Source: Prorocentrum cordatum (lineage: Eukaryota). From it: a stretch of DNA of 64,000 nucleotides. The stretch spans positions 310,001-374,000 of the forward strand of contig CAUYUJ010000059.1 in assembly GCA_963575745.1 (NCBI GenBank), written 5' to 3'. Made by a program: the position numbers and the translations under genes. The notes beneath the pieces were generated by a model that had not been told where the DNA came from, ran no database searches, and saw only the letters and a list, made by a program, of their open reading frames with translations. Position 1 is the stretch's first letter, and the number at the start of each line of letters is the position of its first letter. Shown here one piece after another: positions 62,101 through 64,000 of the stretch.

Positions 62101-63950
62101 CCAGCGCCGACAACAGGATCAGACGCAGCGCGGTCCGCATGCACATCGAGCTGGACGCGGCCCCCCGGGGCCCCCAAGTCGCAACAGGGGTCTCTCCACG
62201 GCCGGTCGACGCCGGTGAACTTGATGGACGTCGAGGAAGCAATGCTCCACCATTCTTTCGTCTGCGAGGACTCGGCGGCGGCGCCCTTCGACTGCGAAAC
62301 CGCATTTCCGAGCGTCAGCCAGGAGTTCTTGATGGATGTGGCCCGCGCGCGCGGCTGGCCTGCGTGGCGCGCGCGCGTTTTGCCTGGGCACATCATTGGA
62401 ACAACTATTGCAATATGGTCATATCCGAGGCGAAGTTCAGCGGCTTCCTTTTGACGGCAAGGGCGCGTCAAGGCTGCCCATTGCCACCACTTCTCGGCGA
62501 CCATGAACTGCATCAGCGCGTCGACGTCGGGCTCGCGGAAGGTGACGTCGATCTGGTGGGCGGGGCTGTTTGCGGTGGTATACGGCGTCCTCCTGCGGCG
62601 CCTCGCCCATCGCCATCCTGATGCTACTGCTCGCGCCTACGCCGACGACCTCGCGGTTGCGCCAGTGCACGGGGCAACCGACCCCCCCGTCTTGGAGCGC
62701 ACGTTCGAGCCGCGCGCGCGGTTCTCTGAGCTCCAGCTTCGCCATGGCAAGTCAGCGCGGGCACCGTTGTCATCGGTCATTGCAGACGAGGTGACGACCC
62801 AGGTCCAAGCTGCCGCCCCCACCCGGAGCGACTTTACGATCCGCCGCCACGCCAATTACCTTGGACTCGCAGTGGGCCCGGAACGCGCCGAGCACGCATG
62901 GACACAGCCATTGGAGAAGTTTCTGGCTCTAGCCCGGACCTGGAGATGCATCGGGCATGGCTTGCTGCTGACGCTCTAGCCTTACCGCGCTTACATATTC
63001 CCGACCCTCGCCTTCGCGTCGTGCTCCAGCTGGACCGCCCCCCTTCTGGCTGGGCAGTCCACGAGCAGAAAGCGCGCACGATCCTCTTTCCAGGTCCGCG
63101 GGGCTGGGGCCCTCCCGCAGCCCTCCGGCGCTTGCGCGCCCTCGATTTCCAGAGCACGCTCATCGATGCCCACGCGACGGCTGCGGCGGCGAAGTGCCAA
63201 ATTTACCAATGGGAGAACGTTGCGCACGGCGGCCTTGAGGTTCGGCGCCGCGCCTGGGCCTTGCAGGATGTTTGGGCGAGTTCTGATCGCGCGACGCGGC
63301 AGGCAGTCTGGGGCGACTGGCACGACAACAGCTTGTTCGCCAACCTCGACCGGGCCCACGGGCAGCTCCAGCAGAAAGCGACGGGAGCGAGGATGTCGAT
63401 CGCAGAGCTGATGCAGAGGGCCACCTCTGAGCCCACCTTGCGGGCGCACGGGCAGATGCGCTCCCGCGCTCGCTTGCAGGAGCCGTTCCCGACGGGCTCG
63501 GCGAGTCACCTGAGTCGTTACCTCGCCCGCCTGTCTTCCCCAGTGCCTCCAAGTCGCCGCCTGGAGCGGGCCGCCTGCGCCCTCCGCGGGCTGGCGCGTT
63601 TGGTGCCTCCCCGCGTTTTGCTGCAATGGCTGGAACACCAGCCACCCCATGCAGCGACGCATGGAGTGCGTTTTCGGATGTCGAGCTGCCGAAGACAGCC
63701 TTCGATATGATGCTCCAGTTGCGGATTGTAGCCAGAGGCGGCTGGGCCCCCTCCCCGCCCTTCCTCTGGAGCGGTTGTCTTCTGTCTCCTCTTAACCCCG
63801 CAGTTCCGCGAAGACACGGGCAATGAACTCGTTCGACGCGCTTTTACTACTTATGCGGCGTACGTTGCCGGAACCGCCGCGCGCCACGGGCAGACTGTCA
63901 ACGCGCATGAGGCCCTGGGCGCATGAGGCCCTGGCGCAGTACGCGCGCGA
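59200..63950 (+). mobile_element. Decayed L1/Tx1-like LINE (ORF1-like remnant, AP endonuclease, RT, C-terminal region)
   Basis: ATWNCQ (about 60345), THG..SRSRLDRFH (about 61000), FDCETAFPSVSQEFL, ARQGCPL (about 62470), YADD (62638-62649) and YLGLAVGP. Many frameshifts; 5' boundary uncertain, possibly as far as 57.9 kb. Confidence 0.8.
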
Positions 63951-64000
63951 GGCGTGTGCGGCACACGCTGGTCTGGCTAATATTGTAGCTGCTGTGTGGA

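Overview
GC-rich, repeat-dense eukaryotic genomic DNA. It is most likely dinoflagellate, inferred from AG|G exon junctions with GC/GA/GT donors, the retroelement types, and an 11-nt match to the dinoflagellate spliced-leader 3' end. The only convincing host gene is a plus-strand, multi-exon ZNFX1/UPF1-like superfamily-1 helicase spread over more than 45 kb (about 6.2-51.9 kb). It has Walker A at 27482 and Walker B plus motif III near 51650-51750, an array of Cys/His (CxxH) zinc-finger-like units inserted between them, and an apparent frameshift near 51538. Its introns hold a decayed DIRS-type tyrosine-recombinase retrotransposon, decayed CRE-like and RTE-like LINEs, many MITE-like palindromes, minisatellites and (GAG/CCT)n tracts; two more decayed LINEs lie outside the confidently called exons. 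Most notable structures: (i) two introns that are transposon footprints with target-site duplications supplying splice sites by two different mechanisms (Introner-type); (ii) a 6.9-kb non-coding foldback element with perfect 25-nt termini, a CAT target-site duplication and a 4x97-bp array in its loop; (iii) a TA-flanked element that folds into a T-shaped, AAV-ITR-like hairpin with two TCC-loop arms. Almost all other ORFs in the track are artefacts of microsatellites and high GC. All homology calls are from motif recognition by eye, not database searches.
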